This document shows, one piece after another, positions 53,091-64,000 of a DNA stretch of 64,000 bases. Source of the DNA: Eledone cirrhosa. Lineage: Eukaryota. The notes under the pieces are model-generated. The model made no database searches, was not told where the DNA came from, and saw only the letters and a program-made list of their open reading frames with translations. The position numbers and the translations under genes are program-made. The stretch lies in the NCBI GenBank assembly GCA_964016885.1, contig OZ024758.1, forward strand, positions 30,442,001-30,506,000, in the 5' to 3' direction. Position 1 is the first letter of the stretch, and each line of letters begins with the position of its first letter.

Positions 53091-54529
53091 TATTACTTCC
53101 ACGAAATCTGCTTTAGCGACGGGAATATAATCTACAGAAGTCCCCAATAATTCCTTGTAAGGTGCATCATAGTATAGGAAGTAAGTCTTTACAGGGCAAC
53201 ATTTAATTAATGTAAGTACCGAAGTTAAGGGCCGAAACACTCGCTTGAGGCGGGAGGGATCTTTTCTGAAACCTTATGCTGTCCAGCTTCCTTAAGAGTT
53301 TCTTACCACTTCCCTGTTCTAAGCTCCAACACAATTCGAGGCCTTGTATCTATGATGGAAAGTAATATTTAATTAGTACTGCTTTTATTTTCCTGAGAAT
53401 CCATTGGGTTCCCTCCCCACTTCGTGGATCTTCTTTAACGGATTCCCCCATTTTAACTACTTAACTGAGACCGCTATTGTCAGGATTTATGAATTATTTG
53501 GCGCGTATATGTAGTCGACATTTTTCTAATTCATCCTCGCTAATGTTTTAACGGTTTTCATTCTGTAAATACAATACATTTATTTTTATACTTGCAAGAA
53601 TGTTAATTTTTATTTAAGATGTGTAAGTATTTAGATTGAGACGCTGACAACGAAGTTCTTGTCATCATTGGTGGCATACCTTACCGAGGTATCAGGTCAT
53701 AATATAAAAATATGTCCGGCACTGTCTCCCGTACTTGACAGAAAAATAACAACAATCAAACGAACAAATTCAAAACATGTCATCAACTAGAATTGTGTTT
53801 TTCTCCATTGCTTTAATATTTCTATATACACTTCTATGGCTGTTCCTTATCGTATCTATAGAGACCCCGTATCTCGAAACTACCAACTCTCTCGTGATTT
53901 GACACTTTTCTGCAAGCCAAATTTGGTTTTTCACTTTACTGTAGATTTTATAAACTTTTAAAAGTGAAGTGAAATTACACATAAAATAAGTGAAATTACA
54001 CTTATTTTATCCCACGCTGAACAGGCAGATACACGCTGATTTGGCATTTGTCCGTTACGTATAAATCATTTTATTACATCTTGTATATCATAAAGGATCG
54101 GTTTAGAGAAAAGAGGTTATCTCCCTTACACACCTTATCCAGTACCAGCTTCAGGGTATTTCTACCAGTCTTTAAAACAGTCATGGGCAAACTACACCCC
54201 GCCAGCCACATGCTGCCCGTTTGACTTTCTGAATGACACGCCTAATTTCAAAATTGCCTTGAATTTTTTAGTAGTCTTTCTTGTTTATTAAATGACAAGT
54301 AGTATTACACTTGTAATGTTGCCTAAGTGTATTACACTTAGGCCACATTACACTTTATATAATAGCACAAGGCTAATATTTTGGGGGAGAGGGGAAGTCG
54401 ATTGAAACAACTCCAGTGTGTTACTGGTACTTTATTTTATCGACTTTGAAGGATGAAAGGCAAAGCTAACCATGACAGAATTTGAACTCAGACAACTTTC
54501 TTCCACGATTTAGGCACGTATCAACCACC

Positions 54530-54835
54530 TCAATGATTCCTCCCTTTTCACCCTTTCTAAAATGTCTCACATCATAGCGCCCCTCTGAAATATTAACTTG
54601 CTCATCTTATCTTTTTCCAGCTTCATTTCATTGATTCTGGATGTTTCGCAGTCAAACTTCAACTTTTCAAATGGTCCACGATCTCTGCCGCTGTTACCAC
54701 TGTTTCAGTCACCAAAACATCATCTATATAGGAGTTAATTACCAACTTCACTCTGTCCGTTAATATCCGGACTGTGTTGAAGTCTGTTGTCATGAATTTA
54801 GGTGCAGAGTTTGGTCTAAAACTCAGATTGTCCTA
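54530..54835 (-). mobile_element. Gypsy/Ty3-like RT relic
   Basis: Reverse frame LSFRPNSAPKFM...NSYIDDVLVTETVVTAAEIVDHL, containing the YIDD catalytic motif. Confidence 0.6.
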
Positions 54836-55029
54836 CTAATATATTTACACAATTTCTCAGAAACATAGAGCTTTATATATACTGATTTCAAATCAACAAT
54901 TGTACTAATACTACCTTAACCATTATTGTACTAACTTAACTATTATTTTTTATGTGGAGGGCGTCTCTGAGTATGAACTTCTGCTGGGTCTAAAATATAA
55001 TTTCCCCCGGAACAATAATCAAATAGGCG

Positions 55030-55256
55030 GTTTATAGTTTGATTGGTTACGAGACCAGAAGTGACGTCACGTCAAAGTAGCTAGGTAGGCTTCGAGCCTC
55101 TTTCATATGGAACTGTAGCTAAGGTAGAACATGTATGTGAGACTGTCTTGATGCTGTTTTGTCAGTTGGGAGCGTGAGTCGTTTCAAGTAACCCGGGTGA
55201 GCCTTCAAGGGCCGTCGTTATGATTTCCGCAAATGCGTTCCAGAAACGGGGTAAGC
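55030..55256 (+). promoter_or_regulatory. Candidate promoter and first exon of an unidentified downstream gene
   Basis: ATTGG (55042), palindromic CRE GTGACGTCAC (55061-55070), a CpG-richer stretch and a donor GG|GTAAGC at 55250/55251. Confidence 0.35.
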
Positions 55257-55307
55257 CCTAAGACTTTGCTTTTGCGTCTCTGCGTTTCTGTGTTGTCATT
55301 TCTTTAT

Positions 55308-55404
<97 letters not shown>

Positions 55405-55684
55405 AACATATACACACAGACACACACATATATATACATATATATACACACACATATGTCTATAAACATATATATATACACACACACACACATATATATC
55501 TTTATTATTTGTTTTATAGAAATTACTTCTACAGGACTAGAACTGTTTCACAAGTAAGAAATCATCAGGACAGTCTTGATGATTTCTTATGAATGAAACA
55601 GGCCTCGTCCTGTAGAAGTTACTTTTATAAAAAAAATAAAGATGCCTATACTCCACTTGCAGCTGCAACTTGGATTACACTTAC

Positions 55685-55742
<58 letters not shown>

Positions 55743-55786
55743 TAACAGGAGGCTGGACTGGTGTAAATCCTTGAAAGAGGTTTATT

Positions 55787-55844
55787 ATACTATGATCATT
55801 TCAATGACCGGGTTCCATATGAATCCGGTGATATCATCAGGTAT
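55787..55844 (-). ncRNA. Type I minimal hammerhead ribozyme A1
   Basis: Minus strand reads ATAC-CTGATGA-[tatcACCGGaTTCatatgGAAcCCGGTcatt]-GAAA-TGATCAT-A/GTAT. Stem I is ATAC/GTAT and stem III is the palindrome ATGATCAT. Predicted AUA cleavage at 55791|55790. Confidence 0.8.
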
Positions 55845-56999
55845 TTGAAATATAACAAAGGAATATGTAAAAACCATGGGTCCGAAAAATCAGAGACAGA
55901 GAGGACGACTGACCAACTAGCTGCCTTCACCTCGGTCAGTCGCCCTCAAAGTGATGGCTACTCGGTCTACTAATGACCATCTGGTGAGGGGGCGAAGGCT
56001 TATAATGTACTACCACCTCTCCGTCAAAGAATAAAAAAGGGGAAGAAAGAAAGAAGAAAAAAGAAAGAGGTCAGCGTAAGGGTCACACTACAGTCATGCT
56101 AGAAAACGCCGCGAAAAATGTTATTCCAAAGAATCTATATTATGTTACGAGTTATAGGATGAAATTAAATTAAAAAAATTGAAAAATAAATAAAAAATAA
56201 ATAAAAAAAAAATTAAAAAATTATTAGAAAATTAAAGGTTAAGGTAGCGAGATTTATTTAATGAACTTACAGAGAGAGTCTTATATGAAAAAGTTAATCT
56301 CGATAAGATATCAGGGTGGGATATAGAGTAAAGATTAAAGCCTTCGATTGCGAATCCCAGCCAGCACCTCCTAACCACGTGTCAGCCAGTTTCGAGTTGT
56401 ATCGTCCAGCGAAAGAAATGGAAATTAATTTTTCCGAGTACTCTAGGCACTTAGCTACACTAGGCCCCGGGTGTGCTAGCGGAAAGTCTACAATTTCGAC
56501 AGGCCATCGTCTATACCAAACGAATACTATTAAATCCCACATGAGGGGTTTATTTACGTGCCAGTAGAGGCATGATACAGCTAACAGTTATGCCTAAGCC
56601 TGGAATTTATAGGTATAAGTATAATATGGTGGTCAAAACAAGCGGCGCGGTGGGCCCGGGGCAAAGCATCCGCTCCGAGTAATTTCGTTTACCGAAAGAG
56701 GGGAAATTTATTTTTCAAAGCACTCAAGGAAGGCTGAACTTTCCGAGCGCCTGGCGCGCAGCCGGGAAAAGCCACCACATCAGTCGAAGGTAGCAAAACC
56801 CAATGAAAAGTGCAAATAGACTATAATTATTTTAAAGTCGCAGTTAGTCCGGGTTATAAGTAGTGTGGTTCTTTGGTGGGTAGGAAGCTATGAATGGTGC
56901 ATAATGACCTGAGTAAGGAAAGTTACAAATAAATAAAAGCAGGATACAAAGATAAAATACAAAGATAAAGAATACATTGATAAAAATACATTAATAAAC

Positions 57000-57163
57000 T
57001 GGAATAGAATGAAACTAAATTTCATTTCTCACTCTTAGTACGGCACTTACTTAAATGTAAGTATGTATGTATACGTACATACATATATGTAAACAAACGA
57101 ACAAAGCGAACATTATAATAAATGTTCACTAAACTGATACGTACATATATATATGTGTGCCTG

Positions 57164-57236
<73 letters not shown>

Positions 57237-57662
57237 GCCACTGTACGTCTGTATACATATATGTATGTACGTATACATACATACTTACATTTAAGTGAGT
57301 GCCGTACTAAGAGTGAGAAATGAAATTTCGTTTCATTCTATTCTATTTATCGTTTTCGGTGTGCCTGGCCGACTGAACTTCCTCGATATGCAAATTAGGC
57401 TGCTCAGCCGTTAATTTTCATAAGGAAAGTATATAGTTTCGAACGTTCAACCATCTGGCAGAAGGGTATACGGTGCTGACGATAGCTAACAAGCTTGAAA
57501 CTAGTACATCGTTCCTGTGTCAGTGTTGAACAAAAAGGTGACGTGGTTGCCTTAACACCGTACGGCATAAATCAGTTCTGTCCGTTTGTTTACAAACGAA
57601 CAAACCGAACATTATAATAAATGTTCGCTAAACTGATACGTACATATATATATGTGTGTCTG

Positions 57663-57699
<37 letters not shown>

Positions 57700-57752
57700 G
57701 CTACTGTACGTCTGTATACATATATGTATGTACGTATACATACATACATACT
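57000..57752 (+). mobile_element. Family-B hammerhead repeat insertion: inverted 3' end plus ~1.5 tandem ~0.5-kb units
   Basis: 13-bp TSD TACATTAATAAAC at 56987-56999 and 57753-57765. 57001-57090 is the reverse complement of ~57255-57345, and 57092-57290 is repeated at 57592-57758. Confidence 0.8.
57471..57511 (+). ncRNA. Type I minimal hammerhead ribozyme B
   Basis: CGGTG-CTGACGA-t-AGCT-aaca-AGCT-t-GAAA-CTAGT-A/CATCG. Stem I is 5 bp, stem II 4 bp, and stem III the palindrome ACTAGT. Predicted GUA cleavage at 57506|57507. Confidence 0.85.
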
Positions 57753-58440
57753 TACATTAATAAACGTAAAAAGTAAAATACATAAATAAAACGCCTTCAT
57801 AGCTAGGGTAGTGATGTAGAAAGACGGAAGTATATAAGAACATATCGGAGGAATCAGAGCAAAGGGGAAATACAATATAGATCAAGTTGTAGTAAGATAA
57901 TACAGGTTGTACATATAGATAAAGAGATGGAATGGTAACAGGTGGTACCTAGTGTAAAGTTCGGGTCTCCGAATTCAGTGTGAGTCACAGAAAAGTCCTG
58001 AGGTATAGAGTAGAGAATTCAGTCAATACAATACATGCTTTAGTATAATACGTAGAATTTAGTCGGAATCCGAATATTCCCGACAGGGAAGCAACATCGG
58101 GTGGGCGGTAGACCAAGCACAGAGCAGCCAAAATCCGAATGGAAAGTAGATCAGTTAATCCCATGCTGGCGGTAGATGTACACTGAAGTCAGTGCCGCTG
58201 TTCAATATTACATTTGGAAGTGCTCAACATTATTGGAGCATTATTTCTTTAGGTTTGTTGGTTCACCACTGGATAGAACTGGTCATTCCGTATGGTCAAT
58301 CCTAGTGTAATATTGTGGAGAGTACTCAACGTAGTGCAGTTCACCCGTCTTCGTTTGTGTAGTTGGTGGTGCGAACACGGAGTTAATTATAAATAAAATA
58401 ACAGGAGGCTGGACTGGTGTAATTCCTTGAAAGGTTTATT

Positions 58441-58498
58441 ATACTATGATCATTTCAATGACCGGGTTCCATATGAATCCGGTGATATCATCAGGTAT
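58441..58498 (-). ncRNA. Type I minimal hammerhead ribozyme A2 (identical to A1)
   Basis: Same sequence as 55787-55844; predicted cleavage at 58445|58444. Confidence 0.8.
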
Positions 58499-58859
58499 TT
58501 GAAATATAACAAAGGAATATGTAAAAACCATGGGTCCGAAAAATCAGAGACAGAGAGGACGACTGACCAACTAGCTGCCTTCACCTCGGCCTGTCGCCCT
58601 CAAAGTGATGGCTACTCGGTCTACTAATGACCATCTGGTGAGGGGGCGAAGGCTTATAATGTACTGCCACCTCTTTGTCAAAGAATAAAAAAGGGGAAGA
58701 AAGAAGAAAAAAGAAAGAAGTCAGCGTAAGGGTCACACTACAGTCATGCTAGAAAACGCCGCGAAAAATGTTATTCCAAAGAATCTATATTTTAACAAAG
58801 GCATATATAATGGGTGTCTGTATGGTCTAATGTGTGAACAGAAAATTGGAACGTTAAAC

Positions 58860-58905
<46 letters not shown>

Positions 58906-59755
58906 CTGCATCAACCAACCAAATTTCACTTATATATGAAAAAACAATCTTAGCACCCCCTTTTTTAAAGGCAAATATAATAAGAACTTTGTAACGTGAA
59001 CTGGCGCGAAATTTATTATTCTTATTCACATGACAGTCATCAACCAACCAAATTACTTTTCTAAAAACCTAGCATTTCGAGCCCCCTTTTTCCATATAAA
59101 ACAGAAGTAACATTCGAACACCAACCAGATGTAAGAAAAACCACAAACCCCCCATCTCAATTCTACTTTTGAAAAGCAGAAGAACTGCGAAACCGGCAAA
59201 GGAACCAAATAAATAAATATATTAAAATAAAAAAGACTCCAGTTGCATTTTCGATTTCAGCTTTTTTCCTTATACTTTCACTCGTGTAGGACACCTCGTT
59301 TTTTTTTCATTTTGTAAAAAAACCTCACTTTCTAATATATTAGTTAGAGACTTTGTTGATATGTAATCAACAGAATTATGTTCATAACAGATACGAAGTA
59401 CTCCACAAATAAAATTTATCTGGAGTATTATGATAATAATAGTAATAGACGAAAGATATAACACTATAGCATCACTATTTATTTCATTATATATATTTCA
59501 GGGATGCTAAATTATAGCATGCCTTCTTTATAAAATGTTATGACATACTCACAAGAGTGACCTTATAAGATCAATTCCAAATGGGTATGTGATTCAAAAT
59601 CTCAAAATTTTCTAGGATGAAAAGTTATTGGGAAATATAAAAATAAACAAATAAATAATGACAGTTAATTTAAACGCTTCATATGTTTTTAAAAAAATAG
59701 CGTAATTAGATTGGTCAGAAAAAACCCGTTAAGTGTGTATATCTTATTATTAAGC

Positions 59756-59811
<56 letters not shown>

Positions 59812-60122
59812 GCTTATATATACGTAGAGCGATATATATATTTTATATTCTAATGTTACGGAAAAAGAAAGGTATATATTAGATATAATGAGGAATGTAT
59901 TTACATAAGTAAATAAAGAAACAAAGGTGAAGAACTTTGATTATTATAATAAAAATTATATTATAAGGTTTTAAGAATAGTTCATGGGATAAGAATTTAT
60001 TATTGGGGCCTATAATGTAGGCATAGTATATAGAATATATTATATCAAGGAATATATATAGCACCACTTATTATGTTGTTACAATATAGATATGTATATA
60101 TCTAAGAAAACCTATAATTATA

Positions 60123-60167
<45 letters not shown>

Positions 60168-60271
60168 GCCTGCCCGCCCAGCCAGTGGGATGGCCTTATC
60201 TTATGGCTAAAACAGCGCGACGTGCTGTGACCAGCAGCGCCAAATGGCGCCCGACAGACTGGTCGGTCAAG

Positions 60272-60322
<51 letters not shown>

Positions 60323-60554
60323 GAATAATCGAGTATCGAAAAATCGGCGCACGAGTTCACGATAAACAAAATTCGAGATGAGCGGCAGAGGGCTCTATAA
60401 TTCAAATAAATTAGAGCTATAACTATCGTTAAATACCGTCACACGTAGAATATGTCTACAATCAACCAAATAACCGATAAGTTCGATATGGAAGATTCGG
60501 GACACTCAGATAAATTATCAATAAATCAATAAATGAAATGAATGTAAAATGCAT

Positions 60555-61094
60555 ACCCGGACCCACTATCCACCATCTGAGTGAGTTTCTTGGTCAGTGT
60601 CCAAGTCTCAGACCCGTACAGCAGCACAGACTCCACTACAGCAATGAAGAGGTGGATTTTCAGGTCTTTACGAAGGTCCGACTTCCACACCGATCTCAAG
60701 CTGTGGCACGCCGCGCAGGCTTTGCTCTTCCTCTCAACCACATCATCTTCCGTATTCCCAATCTTTGCTCCCAAATACAGGAAGTCCTCATTAATCAGTA
60801 TACACTGAGGATGAAAAAATCAGAGCTGTATGGGAGCCTCCCAAAAGTCAGCTCAAAAGTGACACAGAGGAGACTGAGGTTAGCTGGACATGCTCACCGA
60901 CATCCAGAGTTGACATTACACTCAGTGCTCCTGTGGGAGCCCCTACATGGACACACTGGAAGAGGAAGACCAAGGTTAACGTATGTTGATGCCCTAAAGA
61001 CAGACACTGGTCTGTTGGAGACGCAGGACATGGCAGCGATAATGATGGACAGAGACCGCTGGAGAGAACTCGTCCATGGATCTCGGGAATTTTA

Positions 61095-61095
<1 letters not shown>
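60555..61095. mobile_element. RTE-type LINE 3' fragment with inverted 5' segment
   Basis: 60555-60800 on - encodes EDFLYLG...ESVLLYGSETWTLTKK. 60805-61095 on + encodes ELYGSLP...RRLRLAGH...GRGRPRLTYVD. Confidence 0.85.
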
Positions 61096-61130
<35 letters not shown>

Positions 61131-61159
61131 ATAACTATTAATACACCCATACAAATATA

Positions 61160-62560
61160 TAAATTTAGCTATATATTCTGTGAAAAGAGCTAAAAATCTT
61201 GTGCAAGCAGCCGCTAAAAATTTCTGTTCTTTTATTAATAATAGATTTCGTATTACCAATAATATGAAGAATGTCTGTATTACAGAGATTACAAATTTTA
61301 GAAATAGAAGAATTTACATATGGTAGGACGTTAGCCAGCTTATGCCAAGATCATGAGTAATCTAGGTTTTTGTTTTTTAGAGACCATATTAACTGAAATA
61401 GGGAAGTTGAGAATTTCTTATCCATTCTTCGAAATGTATGGTATGGTTATACCACTTTTCCTTAAATTTAGAGGAAGTAACACCTATATAGTTATACGAC
61501 TTATTATTAGTTTTAACAATGCATTTGTACACTAGATTACGGTCAAAGCATTTATTATTTAACGGGCAAGAAAGACTGTTCTTACAATTACAATTATTTA
61601 TGTTATTATTTGATGATGCAGCTCTGCTATTAAGGTTTATGCGATTATTATTGCTTATGCTGTTATCGATATTACTATTGTTAGCATTGGGGGTTATTTC
61701 GATTTGATGATTCGTTGTAAGATTCCTATTATTAATTTTTGCTATATTTTGGGCAATATTCATAGTTGTAAAGTATGATAGTATGATAGTATGTCTGTTA
61801 AATGTCTGGTAATATTTATGGGTTCTAGGGAAACATTTATTGAGAACCCGAAAGAACTGTTGAGCTAAACTAGTTTTGATTCCTAAAGATAGTGGTGGAG
61901 AGTACCATAAAATAGAACGAGATCTGGCTTTTCTTTTCGATTTGTTATTTTTATTTATATGTAAGTTATGCTGATTACAAGGTTGATTTATTCTCGTTTT
62001 GGAGTTTCTGTTATTAATATTAGAGAAATGATTTTTTTATAATAGGGGGTATAATTATCTTTATCTATGTATTTAATTTTATTAGAGTAGCAGCCTAGAT
62101 AGCGCCTCATTATAGTATTTTGCCTAATTGTCAAATATATCTTTATTAGAAGAGAGTGTAGAAATTCTAAGCTGGACACTATTAACTATAGCTTTCTTAA
62201 CGTTTTAGGGTGGTTGGAATTGAAACTAACATAATTTAGGTTTCCATTTAACTTATGGTAGAGGCCAGATTTAAGATTTAAGGTAATGTCTAGGAAGTTG
62301 ACTATTTTAATATTGTTTTCGATTGTTTAAAGCCATAATTATTAAAGAAGTCAATTATAATCTTCTTTTTCTTATTAAGGGCACTATTACTATGGTTATT
62401 CACTATAAAAGGTGCATCATCACGATATAAACCTCCGGCAATTTCTGGCAGTTTTCTATGGATAGTGTTAAGGATGAAAATACCAACGAGATCTGTAACT
62501 TGAGCTGAGTCCGAGGACCCATTTTATACATCTAATATTGTATTTTGTCTGAAGAAGGCG
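61160..62560 (-). mobile_element. Degenerate Penelope-like element (YRDD-type RT, C-terminal GIY-YIG)
   Basis: Motifs GSSDSAQVTDLVGIFIL, GLYRDDA, NFLDI, CNC....CPL...C...NLVYKC...YIGVT..FKE..YNH and CNLC...INKRTEI...CLH. Confidence 0.85.
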
Positions 62561-62690
62561 TGCTATAATATTTAGTATTCCAGAAATAGATATAATGAAA
62601 TAAATAGTGATGCTATAGTGTTATATCTTTCGTTGATTACTATTACACGCACGCACGCACGCACGCACGCACCCCCCCCCCCCACACACA

Positions 62691-62721
<31 letters not shown>

Positions 62722-64000
62722 CACAGTAATTTGTTTTCAAATACGATATAGATAGCAGTGTTTGGTTTTATTTCCCAAAGACGATTCCACATTTGTTCTC
62801 TTCTAGTTACAGATAAATACTAACAGGTCAGTCTGTATTCCAATGTTTCATGCTGTAGTATTTCAGACCTGTCAACTCTTGCCATCTGACGGGGAGATCT
62901 CCCACCCACTTTCTGGTGGGGGAGAGATATCTTTTCTTGTGAAAATAGGTATAGCTTTCATTATGTAAAATCTCCCCATTTTGCCTCATTTCTCCTTGTT
63001 TTGGGGCACTTCTTTTCATGGTACTCTCTATTTGCGTTTTGGAGGTTGACAAGTCTAGTATTTATCCCAGTTTAGCGCAAACGATGTACGTAGCCCAGTA
63101 GGTTGAAATAGACAACTAAATATTTGATTTGCAGCGTTCTGCATCTTAGGTTTTTGATGTCGTTGTTTAGCAGCGGTTCAACCCTGAATACCCATAAATA
63201 AGTAGGTTTATGATTAAAGGCATTCTGTCTTATTGTGGATAGGGTTATAAAGGAATACATTATTTAATGTACTTTTTCCTTGGCCTTTAATGAGAATTTG
63301 GCTGAGATCGAGTGACCGCGTAGAATCTCCAGATTTGAGTCAGATTCTCAAGTTATTGTTGCTGTTGTGTTGTCTCAGACTAGCAGATCTATCGCTCACA
63401 GGTAGTTGGTCGAACAGCTTAGGTGTAACCTACAACCCGGTTTTAAATATGTTTGTAGCGAAATCTTGCTTTGCTATTGTTTTACGGATCTACGACATAT
63501 TTCCGTTGGTCCCTTTACTCCTTTGGCTTTTAAAAAAGAGGACTTAGTGCACCAATCTCTCAGTTGACATGATAATCTTATTGCAGCAGCGGCCAATTTA
63601 GCAAGCCAGCTGGTCAGCAATATGCCAAACAACAAAAATATATTTTCCATTCTATCGTACCTCTGCATTCACATGTTCAGTCTGTCTGATGCATCAGTTT
63701 TTATAAGCACTTCTTCTCGTCTTGGGTCACCCCTTTTCTAATGGCTAGAACATATGCGGCTCACCACCCTTGCATAAAAAGCCACGCCACCGATGTTGTC
63801 CAAGGGAAAGGCAATGGCCAATACAGCTTGGCACCAGTGATATCGTAACTCATTTCTACAGTTGATTAAACTGGAACAACGTGAAATAAAATGTCTTGCT
63901 TAAGGACACAAATCATTACTCTGTAATGTAGTATAATGCTAAGATGGTTTCCTAGTACCCTATGGGTAAAAATAAATATATAACTGGCAGCGAATACAAG

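Larger units (their letters stand above)
55734..58791 (-). mobile_element. Non-coding element bounded by ~405-bp HHR-containing direct repeats (family A; pseudo-LTR/retrozyme-like)
   Basis: 55734-56141 and 58390-58791 are near-identical. No RT or EN motifs were seen inside. The left end abuts (TA)n. Confidence 0.75.

Noticed and set aside
52950-53982. Protein-like short minus ORFs (TYFLYYDAPYKELLG..., KNQIWLAEKCQ...)
   Set aside because: No recognisable family and weak splice signals; one overlaps a MITE. BLASTx would be needed.
62828-63668. Cluster of short ORFs near the window end
   Set aside because: Multiple stops in every frame and no recognisable motif; possibly an old TE.

Overview
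AT-rich animal genomic DNA with spliceosomal introns. The repeat landscape suggests an octopus or other coleoid cephalopod (inference). Two real protein-coding genes are recognisable, and neither is captured properly by the ORF track. ATPAF2/ATP12 lies on + as 8 GT-AG exons from 4072 to 46878 (864 nt, 287 aa). The first coding exon of GID4 lies on - (3737-3880), head-to-head with ATPAF2, with only 191 bp between the start codons, as in human 17p11.2. The rest is mostly mobile DNA: RTE, CRE and CR1 LINE fragments, tRNA-headed SINEs, two Penelope-like elements, a full-length DD37D (maT) transposon, MITEs, a Gypsy RT relic and several large minisatellites. The most interesting signal is a set of non-coding repeats carrying minimal type I hammerhead ribozymes (HHRs) with palindromic stem III. 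Family A has two ~405-bp direct repeats, each with an intact HHR, 2654 nt apart (55734-58791). Family B is a ~0.5-kb tandem HHR unit nested inside family A with a 13-bp target-site duplication (TSD). Family B recurs in ATPAF2 intron 1 as a fold-back whose turn lies next to the ribozyme cleavage site. Together these look like a Penelope-dependent retrozyme-like system that might produce circular RNAs. TE boundaries are approximate and no database searches were run.
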